Source: Candidatus Sumerlaeaceae bacterium
GTDB lineage: Bacteria > Sumerlaeota > Sumerlaeia > Sumerlaeales > Sumerlaeaceae
Direction: 5' to 3'
DNA: 64,000 bases
Assembly: GCA_049968255.1 (NCBI GenBank)
Contig: JBMFRB010000002.1
Span: forward strand, 320,001-384,000
Shown: positions 1-8,336 of the stretch, in pieces
Layout: every line of letters begins with the position of its first letter
Position numbering within the stretch: the stretch's first letter is position 1
Made by a program: the position numbers and the translations under genes
Notes under the pieces: generated by a model
Database searches by the model: none
The model's input: the letters and a program-made list of their open reading frames with translations, nothing else
Told to the model about the DNA's origin: nothing

Positions 1-211
1 TTTGGCTTCACTCGATGGAGCGTTTCTTAGCGGACGCTATCTCGATTTGATTCAACTTAATAGGCTGCAACTCATCTCTGCGGGTATTCCTGGCTCGCAC
101 ATCAAGGCGAGTGGCATTTGCACGAAGCACTCGCTGGACCGTTTTTACTCGTATCGTGCGGAAGGCGAACAAGCGGGCCGGATTGTGACAATGATTGCGC
201 GCACTGAGTGA
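1..211 (+). CDS. pgeF: PgeF/YfiH-family (laccase-domain, peptidoglycan editing factor) protein, C-terminal part, truncated by window edge
   Basis: The C-terminal motif 'ICT...FYSYRAEG..AGR' is typical of YfiH/PgeF. Its stop overlaps the miaA start (GTGA). Confidence 0.75.
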   Translation, partial: LASLDGAFLSGRYLDLIQLNRLQLISAGIPGSHIKASGICTKHSLDRFYSYRAEGEQAGRIVTMIARTE

Positions 212-1155
212 GACAGCGCATGAACTCGTCTCCCGAGGTGATCGTGATTACGGGGCCGACGGCTGTAGGCAAAACCGCGGCAGCAATAGAACTAGCGAGA
301 CGGCTGCGAACCGAAGTTATCTCAGCCGATTCGATGCAAGTCTACAAGGTGCTTTCGATTGGTACCGCCAAGCCTACTGCGGACGAGCTCCAAGGTGTTA
401 CTTATCATCTCGTGGATTTTGTGGACCCGAATTATCAATTTAACCTGGGAGATTATGTTGCTCTGGCCACGCCCATTGTGGAAAGGCTCACAGCACAAGG
501 GCGCACGCCTATTGTTTGCGGTGGCACCTGCATGTACCTCAAGGGCCTGCTCCATGGAGTTTTTGATTTGCCCTCGCGCGACGAATCGGTCAGACGGATG
601 TTGGCCGCACGCTGCGAACGTGATGGAGTGGGGGCCCTCTATGCGGAGCTGCGCAACATTGATCCACACGCAACGCACATCATGCCCAACGACCGCCAAC
701 GGATTTTGCGCGCGTTAGAAGTTTTTTATGTCACGGGTAAGCCAATTTCTCAGCTCCAACGTCAGTTTCGCTCCGAGATGCGTTATAAGGCGGCAATCTT
801 TGTGCTCAATATGGAGCGCGCCAAACTCTACAAAAGAATCGAAGAGCGAGTTAATCACATGTTATCATCGGGTTGGGTACAGGAGGTTGAAGAATACATG
901 CGAGCTGGGTACTCACTGGAAAATCCAGCAATTCGTGCTCTTGGTTATCAGGAAATCATCGCGTACTTGCGGGGTGAGACGACTTATGAGGAGGCTGTGA
1001 AGGCTATCAAGCGTAAGACCCGTAACTTTGCAAAGCGCCAGCTCACATGGCTTCGCGCGATGAAGGACGCCACTTGGGTGGATGTCGAATCCAAATCGTC
1101 GGAGGAAATTGCACTCGAGATTATGAAGAGAGTGTCGCCGCACGCAAATGGGTGA
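208..1155 (+). CDS. miaA: tRNA dimethylallyltransferase
   Basis: Motifs GPTAVGKT, ISADSMQVY, IGTAKP, RALEV and TRNFAKRQLTW. Conserved miaA-hfq order. Alternative ATG start at 220. Confidence 0.97.
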   Translation: MRQRMNSSPEVIVITGPTAVGKTAAAIELARRLRTEVISADSMQVYKVLSIGTAKPTADELQGVTYHLVDFVDPNYQFNLGDYVALATPIVERLTAQGRTPIVCGGTCMYLKGLLHGVFDLPSRDESVRRMLAARCERDGVGALYAELRNIDPHATHIMPNDRQRILRALEVFYVTGKPISQLQRQFRSEMRYKAAIFVLNMERAKLYKRIEERVNHMLSSGWVQEVEEYMRAGYSLENPAIRALGYQEIIAYLRGETTYEEAVKAIKRKTRNFAKRQLTWLRAMKDATWVDVESKSSEEIALEIMKRVSPHANG

Positions 1156-1249
1156 TCGTTTTTCGTTGCGCTGCGTTTGGCGCACCGCTTAGCCTAGCAA
1201 TCGTATTCAGTTTTCCGAAACAACGATGGGTGAAAAGGGAGTTTTTTGA

Positions 1250-1639
1250 ATGCCGAAAGCAGCAGGTAACCTTCAGGACAGCGTGCTCAATCAACTCCGC
1301 AAGGACAACGCGGAGGTAGAATTTTTCTTTTTGTCTGGGAAATCCATTCGCGGAACTGTGAGAGGGTTTGACAACTTCACCATCATCGTCCGCGACACTG
1401 AAGGACATCATCACCTTGTTTACAAACACGCTGTAGCGCACGTGGCAAGCGAGAGACCCTTTGGTCTGCGCCAACAACAACCTGCTGCTGGACAGAAGCG
1501 CGTTGCACCTCAACCGAAAACCGAGGAGAGCGAAAGTGGGGAGGGCGCGTCAAAGGCGCCTGAAGATTCGGAAAAGAAAAAAGGCGGAAAGGAGCCTTTT
1601 AATCGGATTGATCTCTCGCAAATAAAACTTTCCGAATAA
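1250..1639 (+). CDS. hfq: RNA chaperone Hfq with long C-terminal extension
   Basis: NLQD..LN.LRK, G.VRGFDNFTI and LVYKHAV (Sm1/Sm2). Lies downstream of miaA, with RBS AAGGGAG. Confidence 0.93.
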   Translation: MPKAAGNLQDSVLNQLRKDNAEVEFFFLSGKSIRGTVRGFDNFTIIVRDTEGHHHLVYKHAVAHVASERPFGLRQQQPAAGQKRVAPQPKTEESESGEGASKAPEDSEKKKGGKEPFNRIDLSQIKLSE

Positions 1640-1659
1640 GGGGAATTCTTTTCCCCTTA
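1637..1659. terminator. Hairpin between convergent hfq and radical SAM gene (candidate bidirectional terminator)
   Basis: TAAGGGGAA-TTCTT-TTCCCCTTA is a perfect 9-bp stem that contains both stop codons, with a T-rich run downstream on +. Confidence 0.55.
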
Positions 1660-3723
1660 AGATTTTTTATGCGGGAAAAGACGGGAGAGTTTTGAGACAA
1701 GTCCCTGGGGTTTCTGTGCATTCTGCAGTTGGGCCTCGAGGTATTCGCACTGCTTTTCAAGATCAAGAACGCGTAATTGCAGCTCGCTAACACGTTTTGC
1801 CTTTTTTGCACATTCCTCCTTAGCAATTCGCTCTTGTTCTCTGCATTGGGCAAGTTCCACCTCGAGCGCTTGAATCCGCGAGTTGAGCTTTTCGAGCTCC
1901 GATTGCAGTTGCTGCTGAAGAAGTTGCTCGGCTTCCCGTGCCCTTACGAGCGACGCCTCTTGAACGAGAATCGGGTCGGCGATCCATAAGTGAACTTCCT
2001 CTGGCTCCGGGGCATTTGCTTCGAACAGAAGCACCAACTGTCCTGCAGAAATTTCCTCAGGAATAGGGATGAGCAGCTCGCGCCAGCGGCCAGCAATGCG
2101 CCCATGATTTGGTCCAAAATGCTTTTCTGCGAGGACCACTCGCTGATCATTGCATAGACACGCAATTTCCAAGCGAGCGGAAGCGTTGCGCGCAGACAAA
2201 TAGCGTTCGCTTTTCTCAGGAAGCGAAAGCGCCATTTGGAGCACCGAGTTATCTGGAAAAGCGACCGAGGGAAAGACAATTGCGACCGTTGGAACGAGAG
2301 TGAGAACGGAGCGAGTGCCATTCTTCGCCGTGTAGGCCTGAAGCGCAATGGTGCCACTGCTTCTGAACGCTAACTGCGTGTTGGGGAGATAATGGAAAAA
2401 ACTCTGCAACGCATGCGTGGGAGCGGCCGGAAGCGAAGAAACAGCTTTCGCAATGGCGACAAGGGTAATTTCGTTCAGAAAGGACTGAAATTGCTCTTTG
2501 CTCACGTTGCCACAGCTGAAGCCACAAGCAAGAGCGGAGAGGGGACGGCTCGGCTGCTGCAAAGCTTGAAGTTTCGGCCGGCAGTACTCCCCTAGTGGGG
2601 TCTTCTCCACTGGAAAATAGGCCCGCCATTCGATGGTGCTTGCTTTGAGCGCCTTGAAGAATGTCAGCGTTTCCTGCTCATGTGACTCATTCTCAAGGGG
2701 CAGACCTAACATCACGCGAGCACAAATTTTTATCCCAATTTCTGCTGCCAAATCACAGGTATTCACAATGCACTCGTTCAGCAGATTTCTTGTCGCAATG
2801 CGCTTGCGGAATTGCTCGTTGCCCGTTTCGACGCCTATATTGAGAATGCGACATCCCCCTTGGTATAGAAGCTCAAGTGCTTCTCGGTCGAGGCGCTCAA
2901 CTGCAACTGTGGCCTCCCACGGAGGAAGCTCTAAGCCTCGCACATGCTGGAGGAAGGCGCGTAGCCACGTTTTGGTCACCGGAAACATTTCATCCGTGAA
3001 CACAATACGCGAATAAGACCTGCGCCGAAGTGCGCCAAGAAGCTCGCCAGCCACGTGTCCCGCAGCGCGAGGGCGGTAAAAATCTCCTTTTCCAGCATAG
3101 GCCCGAGCCATCAAGGGGACAAAACAGAATGTGCATTCGTGGGGGCATCCGAGAGACGCACGCAAAGCGAGTGGGGCATCGTCCGGAAACCTTAGCCAAT
3201 CGTTTTCTATGAGTGAGCGGTCTGGCAGCGGCAGGACATCCGGATTATCGATCAGTGGGCGGAGAGGATTTCGCGCGATTTCGCCATCGGCTCTGCGCAG
3301 CCAGAGATTTCTAATTTGCGAGAATTTTTCTTCTCTATCCCAAACTCCGACAAGCTCGAAAAGCGCGCTCTCTGGCTCACCTGCGACGATGTAATCGAAA
3401 CCTGGGTGATGGAGGATCGTTTCGGGTGCCAGAACCGTGTAAGGCCCTACGGCGATTGTTTGAACATTTGGATATTTTTGCCGGAATCTCTGCGCAAAAT
3501 CGGCTGTTGCCGAAAAGTTAAACTCGTCCAAATAAAAAATCGCCACGTTCGGCGTTGTCTCAAGGCGTTGCGAAACTTGTTCACATGACTCAAACCATCC
3601 AAAGAGTGTGCTTCGCACATCGTGGTTAGCATCGGCTAACATTTGGTGCATGGTGCCAATTTCCAGCAGATGGCTCGCACGGGATGGAGCGCCCACGTCG
3701 CAGTACAAAAATGCAGCTCGCAT
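1657..3723 (-). CDS. B12-binding-domain radical SAM protein with C-terminal beta-rich domain and coiled coil
   Basis: Cobalamin-binding-type N-terminus (GPYTV..PE...DYIVAGEPE), CxxxCxxC (CPHECTFC), FTDEMF and GVETGN, then an E/Q/L/K heptad tail. Confidence 0.85.
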   Translation of the reverse strand: MRAAFLYCDVGAPSRASHLLEIGTMHQMLADANHDVRSTLFGWFESCEQVSQRLETTPNVAIFYLDEFNFSATADFAQRFRQKYPNVQTIAVGPYTVLAPETILHHPGFDYIVAGEPESALFELVGVWDREEKFSQIRNLWLRRADGEIARNPLRPLIDNPDVLPLPDRSLIENDWLRFPDDAPLALRASLGCPHECTFCFVPLMARAYAGKGDFYRPRAAGHVAGELLGALRRRSYSRIVFTDEMFPVTKTWLRAFLQHVRGLELPPWEATVAVERLDREALELLYQGGCRILNIGVETGNEQFRKRIATRNLLNECIVNTCDLAAEIGIKICARVMLGLPLENESHEQETLTFFKALKASTIEWRAYFPVEKTPLGEYCRPKLQALQQPSRPLSALACGFSCGNVSKEQFQSFLNEITLVAIAKAVSSLPAAPTHALQSFFHYLPNTQLAFRSSGTIALQAYTAKNGTRSVLTLVPTVAIVFPSVAFPDNSVLQMALSLPEKSERYLSARNASARLEIACLCNDQRVVLAEKHFGPNHGRIAGRWRELLIPIPEEISAGQLVLLFEANAPEPEEVHLWIADPILVQEASLVRAREAEQLLQQQLQSELEKLNSRIQALEVELAQCREQERIAKEECAKKAKRVSELQLRVLDLEKQCEYLEAQLQNAQKPQGLVSKLSRLFPHKKS

Positions 3724-3787
3724 GAGCTTCCTTTTGAGAAAACTCTCGTTTCAAAGCAAGGTTTTACTCAACGATTTACTGTCTGGC

Positions 3788-5659
3788 TCATTCGTACATG
3801 CTATCAATGAGTCGAGCAAATCTGGCCGTGATAACATTGCGTTTTGGCTTCAGGGTTTGCGTCAGCAAACCATTTTCAGGCGAAAACGGCTCTTCGAGCA
3901 GGCGCACGTGCTGGATGAATTCATAAACACGAAAGTTTCCGTCTTTTTTCAGCGTTGCGTTGATGCTTTCCTTTACAATCCGTGCCGCGTCAGGATGGCT
4001 AATGATGTCCGCGGCTGGGGTGTCGGTGGGAAGCTGAAGAGCCACGGCAAGCTGAGCAAAATCTGGCACAACCAAGGCACCTAGTGCTTTTTTATCCTGT
4101 CCGACAACCACGATTTGCTGAACGAGAGGGCTCTTGCGTGCAACCGATTCGATTGGCTCTGGCTCGACATTCTCTCCGCTAGACAGGACAATGGTGTCCT
4201 TAGCACGTCCGCAGATAACCAGATGGCCCTGCCAAGTAAACCATCCCAAATCGCCTGTATTGAACCATCCATCCTCCGTGAGGACTCTTTTTGTTTCTTC
4301 ATCGTTCCGATAGTATCCGGACATGACTTGCGGCCCTTTGGCCCAGATAACACCAGTTTTCCCGGGAGGCAGAACCTGGCCGTCCTCATCACGGATTTCG
4401 ATCGTTGTTCCGAGGAGTGGTTTCCCCACCGTGCCCCGTATGTTTTCTTTCAGTGTGCGCACTGCTAGCACTGGCGATGTCTCTGTGAGTCCGTAGCCAT
4501 TGAGAATTGGGATCCCAACAGCTTCAAAAAAATCATCAAGATAGGGAGCAAGCGAGCCTCCCCCGCTGACGGCTGCCTTGAGCCGCGAGCCTGTCATTGT
4601 TCGAATTTTACGATAAAGCAGCAAATCCGCGAGCAAATGCGGAACGGTGAGAATGAGCATGCTGAGTGTGGCCTTCCACTTTTCGCCGAGTGTAGGCGGA
4701 GCCGCAGCGGCGTTGTGCTCGCGCACGATTCGACGATTCTTGATGTAGTGACGACTCAGATCAAGCAGTTTCAGAACTAAGGCACGGCGGCCACGGGGGA
4801 ATTTATCCAGTTTTGCCATGATGGCGTCATAGACCGACTCCCAAATCCGCGGAACGCAGGGAAGAAAAGCGGGATTGGCTTTGCTCATGTCGTCGCGTAG
4901 CCAGCGCTTATCCGTGTAGTAAATCGTTGTGCCGTGATACATGCCAAAATACTCGGCGATCCGCTCGTAGACATGCCATGACGGCAAAATGGAGAGAAGT
5001 ACATCACCCGGCTTGATCTCAAACCCGAGGTCTATCGCTTCGCACTGGTAGAGAAAATTCCTGTGGCGTAGAGGTACTCCCTTGGGAATGCCTGTGGTAC
5101 CAGAAGTATAGACGATGGCCGCAATGTCATCGCTGGTTGTTGCCTGGCACGCGTCGTCGAAGGTTGATGTCAATGTGGCGCCTTTATGTACAGTTTCTTC
5201 GAAATCGTAGATCTCGAGGCCGGAATCCCGGCGCATTGCGCTAGCTGAGTTGTCGAACATGATGAGGCACTGAAGGCTGGGTGCGCCAGAGATCTCTTTA
5301 GCAAGCCGGTCAAAAAGTTTTCGGTTTTCGAGAATGACGACCTTCGCTTCGCTATGATTAATAATGTACCAGATTTCTGCAAGACTCGTATCCGAGCCGC
5401 GCGGCACACTGATGGCGCCAATGGAGAGAATGGCGAGGTCGGAAATGATCCACTCCGGCTGGTTATCTGATATAAGAGCAATCCGATCGCCTTTCTGAAC
5501 TCCAAGCGCAAGCAAGCCGGCTCCGAAAGCACGCACCTTTTCTCCCATTTCTCCGTAGGTCATGAGTAACGGGGGATTGCGGTGCGGGGCGTGAAGAGCG
5601 GGGATGTGGCCATATTTTTCTACGCAATTTTGAAAGACGGCGCCGATTGTTGAACTCAT
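3788..5659 (-). CDS. fadD: Long-chain fatty acid--CoA ligase (AMP-binding)
   Basis: YTSGTTGIPKG, GYGLTETSP, WFNTGDLG, GRAKDTIVLSSGENVEPEPIE and LLTQTLKPKR. Alternative GTG start at 5671. Confidence 0.9.
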   Translation of the reverse strand: MSSTIGAVFQNCVEKYGHIPALHAPHRNPPLLMTYGEMGEKVRAFGAGLLALGVQKGDRIALISDNQPEWIISDLAILSIGAISVPRGSDTSLAEIWYIINHSEAKVVILENRKLFDRLAKEISGAPSLQCLIMFDNSASAMRRDSGLEIYDFEETVHKGATLTSTFDDACQATTSDDIAAIVYTSGTTGIPKGVPLRHRNFLYQCEAIDLGFEIKPGDVLLSILPSWHVYERIAEYFGMYHGTTIYYTDKRWLRDDMSKANPAFLPCVPRIWESVYDAIMAKLDKFPRGRRALVLKLLDLSRHYIKNRRIVREHNAAAAPPTLGEKWKATLSMLILTVPHLLADLLLYRKIRTMTGSRLKAAVSGGGSLAPYLDDFFEAVGIPILNGYGLTETSPVLAVRTLKENIRGTVGKPLLGTTIEIRDEDGQVLPPGKTGVIWAKGPQVMSGYYRNDEETKRVLTEDGWFNTGDLGWFTWQGHLVICGRAKDTIVLSSGENVEPEPIESVARKSPLVQQIVVVGQDKKALGALVVPDFAQLAVALQLPTDTPAADIISHPDAARIVKESINATLKKDGNFRVYEFIQHVRLLEEPFSPENGLLTQTLKPKRNVITARFARLIDSMYE

Positions 5660-5817
5660 GAGCCCTACCACTATGGCATTTGCATCAGAGAGTGAACATT
5701 TCTGCCAGATCCAGCTCTTGTGGCAACGTTTTTTGTTTGAAAAACGCCGCGCCGCGAAATGGCTTCACGTGACCTTTCTCCGGCCAAGCAGCTGTTCACT
5801 GGGTAAAAGAAAGAACA

Positions 5818-7293
5818 TCACATTGCCCCGTAACCCGTGGCCACGACATAGATGGTTTTGAGCAAAATTTTGAAATCGAGCCAAAGCGACCAGTTATCGA
5901 TATACTCCAGGTCTAGCTTCATCCAAACATCGAACGGTAGTTTGTTGCGACCATTCACCTGCCAAAGACATGTGATACCTGGTTTCATGGAAAGACGCCG
6001 GCGCTGCCAGCGATCGTATTTCTCCACTTCTGAGGGGATGGGTGGGCGCGGCCCCACAAGACTCATCTCACCACGCAGTACATTCCACAGTTGTGGTAGC
6101 TCATCTATGCTTGTCTTGCGGATGAACTTGCCGATGGGGGTGATGCGTGGATCGTCGCGCATTTTAAACACAGGGCCACCCATGAGGTTTTTGTCGCGCA
6201 GCTTGTCCACCTCTTTGTCGGCGCCGACCCTCATCGAGCGAAATTTCCAACACGTGAAGCGTTTGCCATTGAGCCCGCAGCGCGTTTGTCCGTAAAAAAT
6301 CGGGTCGCTCCACGATTCGGATGTTATCTTTATAAGAATAGCAGTGACGATGAAAACGGGTGATAGCAGAACGAGGAGAACGAAAGCAGCCACCCGATCA
6401 AATGCGTATTTGAAAAGCAAGGCGCCGTTCATTTCCCGCGTTGGGAAATAGGAAACCATGGGAACGGTTTCGAACATATCAAGCACGGGGCGCGCAATGC
6501 TGGGTCGAAAGAAGTTGAGCGACAGGCGCGTGCGAATTCCCATTTCTTCGCATTGTTCAAAATACGGCGCAAGGAGTGCCAAGGGAGTGGATTCGGGAAG
6601 GAAAACGACCTCGTCGACAGGCTGCTTCTCCAAAAAGGGAACCAGCGATTTCAAAGTGCCGACGACGGGGATGTTTTGGACAAATTTGGCTTCACGGCTA
6701 GTGTCGTCCACAATCCCGATAATCCTGAACCCCCACCAGGGGTGATCTTCGATCAATTTGAGAAAACGCCGTAAGGACTCACCACTTCCCACAAGCAGGA
6801 GTGTGTGCTCCTTAGTTGAGGCCATGCGCCACCGGCAAAGCATGCGCTGAATAATCGCGGTCTTGAGACCAAGTAGCACGATCAGAACGAATGGGAAAAT
6901 AATAATGACAGAGCGGCTAATTTTCTCGATTCCTACGGGGGCAACCTCGCTGCGCGAAGAACGTCCCTGGACAAAAAAGGCGATCACAATAAGACCAACC
7001 GTCGCCTGAAATGCAGCGGTTAATAAAGTTCCGAGTGGCGTTTTGCCCTCTCCCCATTCAGAAAGGTCGTAATAACGCTGATGGGCAAGACACACAACAG
7101 TGACAACGGGAGCAGCGACGAACAACCACCAGTAGTCCTCGATTTGCGATGGTCCACGCAGAAGCGTAGGGAAAAAATATGGCGCCAGGATTTCGTTGCG
7201 AAGCCAATGAGCGGCCGCGACGCTTGCAGCAGCCACTACTGCGTCGGCAAGCATGTTGACACGCGAGAATATATAGCGGCGCTCTTTTAGCAT
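5818..7293 (-). CDS. Polyprenyl-phosphate hexose-1-phosphate transferase (WcaJ/CpsE-like priming sugar transferase)
   Basis: N-terminal TM helices and a Rossmann-like middle domain, then KFRSM, DPRIT.IG.FIRKTSIDELPQLWNVLRGEMSLVGPRP, KPGITCLWQV and WSLWLD. Confidence 0.92.
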   Translation of the reverse strand: MLKERRYIFSRVNMLADAVVAAASVAAAHWLRNEILAPYFFPTLLRGPSQIEDYWWLFVAAPVVTVVCLAHQRYYDLSEWGEGKTPLGTLLTAAFQATVGLIVIAFFVQGRSSRSEVAPVGIEKISRSVIIIFPFVLIVLLGLKTAIIQRMLCRWRMASTKEHTLLLVGSGESLRRFLKLIEDHPWWGFRIIGIVDDTSREAKFVQNIPVVGTLKSLVPFLEKQPVDEVVFLPESTPLALLAPYFEQCEEMGIRTRLSLNFFRPSIARPVLDMFETVPMVSYFPTREMNGALLFKYAFDRVAAFVLLVLLSPVFIVTAILIKITSESWSDPIFYGQTRCGLNGKRFTCWKFRSMRVGADKEVDKLRDKNLMGGPVFKMRDDPRITPIGKFIRKTSIDELPQLWNVLRGEMSLVGPRPPIPSEVEKYDRWQRRRLSMKPGITCLWQVNGRNKLPFDVWMKLDLEYIDNWSLWLDFKILLKTIYVVATGYGAM

Positions 7294-7361
7294 CCCACAA
7301 GAATCTACCTAATCTTTCAAATGTTCATCGGGCCTCAGGCTCGTGCGGTGTCGCTAGCTTT

Positions 7362-8213
7362 TCAGAATCGCACGTTATCGATTAAGCGTGTTTTGCCGAG
7401 AAAAACCGCCGCCGCAACCATCGTGTTTCCGAATTCGACCTGTTTCAGAGGTGCCAGGTTATCAAGGCGAACTATTTCCACATAGTCCACAACGCCCCCC
7501 ATATTTTCTCCGAGAGTGTGCAGAATTTTTTCCCGAAGAATCTGGGAATCCAGGCATCGCCCACTGACGGCCAACTCCTTCGCTTCGGTCAGAGCTCGGT
7601 AAAGCCAGGGCGCTCGCTCTCGTTCTTCGGGCGAAAGGTAAGTATTTCGCGAGCTCATGGCCAGTCCATCAGCTTCGCGAACCGTCTCGACGCCGACGAT
7701 TTCCATAGGAAAGTTCAGGTCAGCTACCATCTTCTTGATGATGAGCAGCTGTTGCGCATCCTTCCAACCGAAGACGGCGAAATCGGGCTCGACGATATTA
7801 AACAGTTTTGCCACGATCGTACAAACGCCCCGAAAGTGGCCTGGACGCGATTTGCCACAGAGTACGGAACCCATAGGCCCAGGATCTACAGTCACCTGCA
7901 TATCCGACGGTGTGATGAGTGCGGCTGATGGGTAAAATAAGATTGTTCCGCCAGCTTCATCGATGACCTTTTTGTCATGCTCGATATCGCGCGGATAGCG
8001 CTCAAAATCTTCATTCGGTCCGAACTGCAAGGGATTGACGAAGACCGAGACAACGACTACAGGGGCAAGCTCCGCCGCTTTTCGAATGAGCGTGGCGTGC
8101 CCCTCGTGCAAATACCCCATCGTGGGCACAAAGGCAATAGCCTGATTAGACCTTTTAGCCGCCTGTAAGGTCGAGCGCAGCAATCCAATTGTATCATAAA
8201 TCTCTAGTTTCAT
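7362..8213 (-). CDS. panC: Pantoate--beta-alanine ligase
   Basis: FVPTMGYLHEGH, SVFVNPLQF, RPGHFRGV, KDAQQ, GLAMSSRN and TRLIDN. Start moved to ATG 8213 (283 aa). Confidence 0.96.
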   Translation of the reverse strand: MKLEIYDTIGLLRSTLQAAKRSNQAIAFVPTMGYLHEGHATLIRKAAELAPVVVVSVFVNPLQFGPNEDFERYPRDIEHDKKVIDEAGGTILFYPSAALITPSDMQVTVDPGPMGSVLCGKSRPGHFRGVCTIVAKLFNIVEPDFAVFGWKDAQQLLIIKKMVADLNFPMEIVGVETVREADGLAMSSRNTYLSPEERERAPWLYRALTEAKELAVSGRCLDSQILREKILHTLGENMGGVVDYVEIVRLDNLAPLKQVEFGNTMVAAAVFLGKTRLIDNVRF

Positions 8214-8336
8214 AAAATCCTTGCTAGGCAAAGCCACGTTGTTGCTCAAGCGTATATGAGACGCGCGTTCAGCAGGGGGACAAACACAATCTGATGGTAT
8301 TTGACATTTTACGGAGGAGGGCGGATCCGAAGTCCT

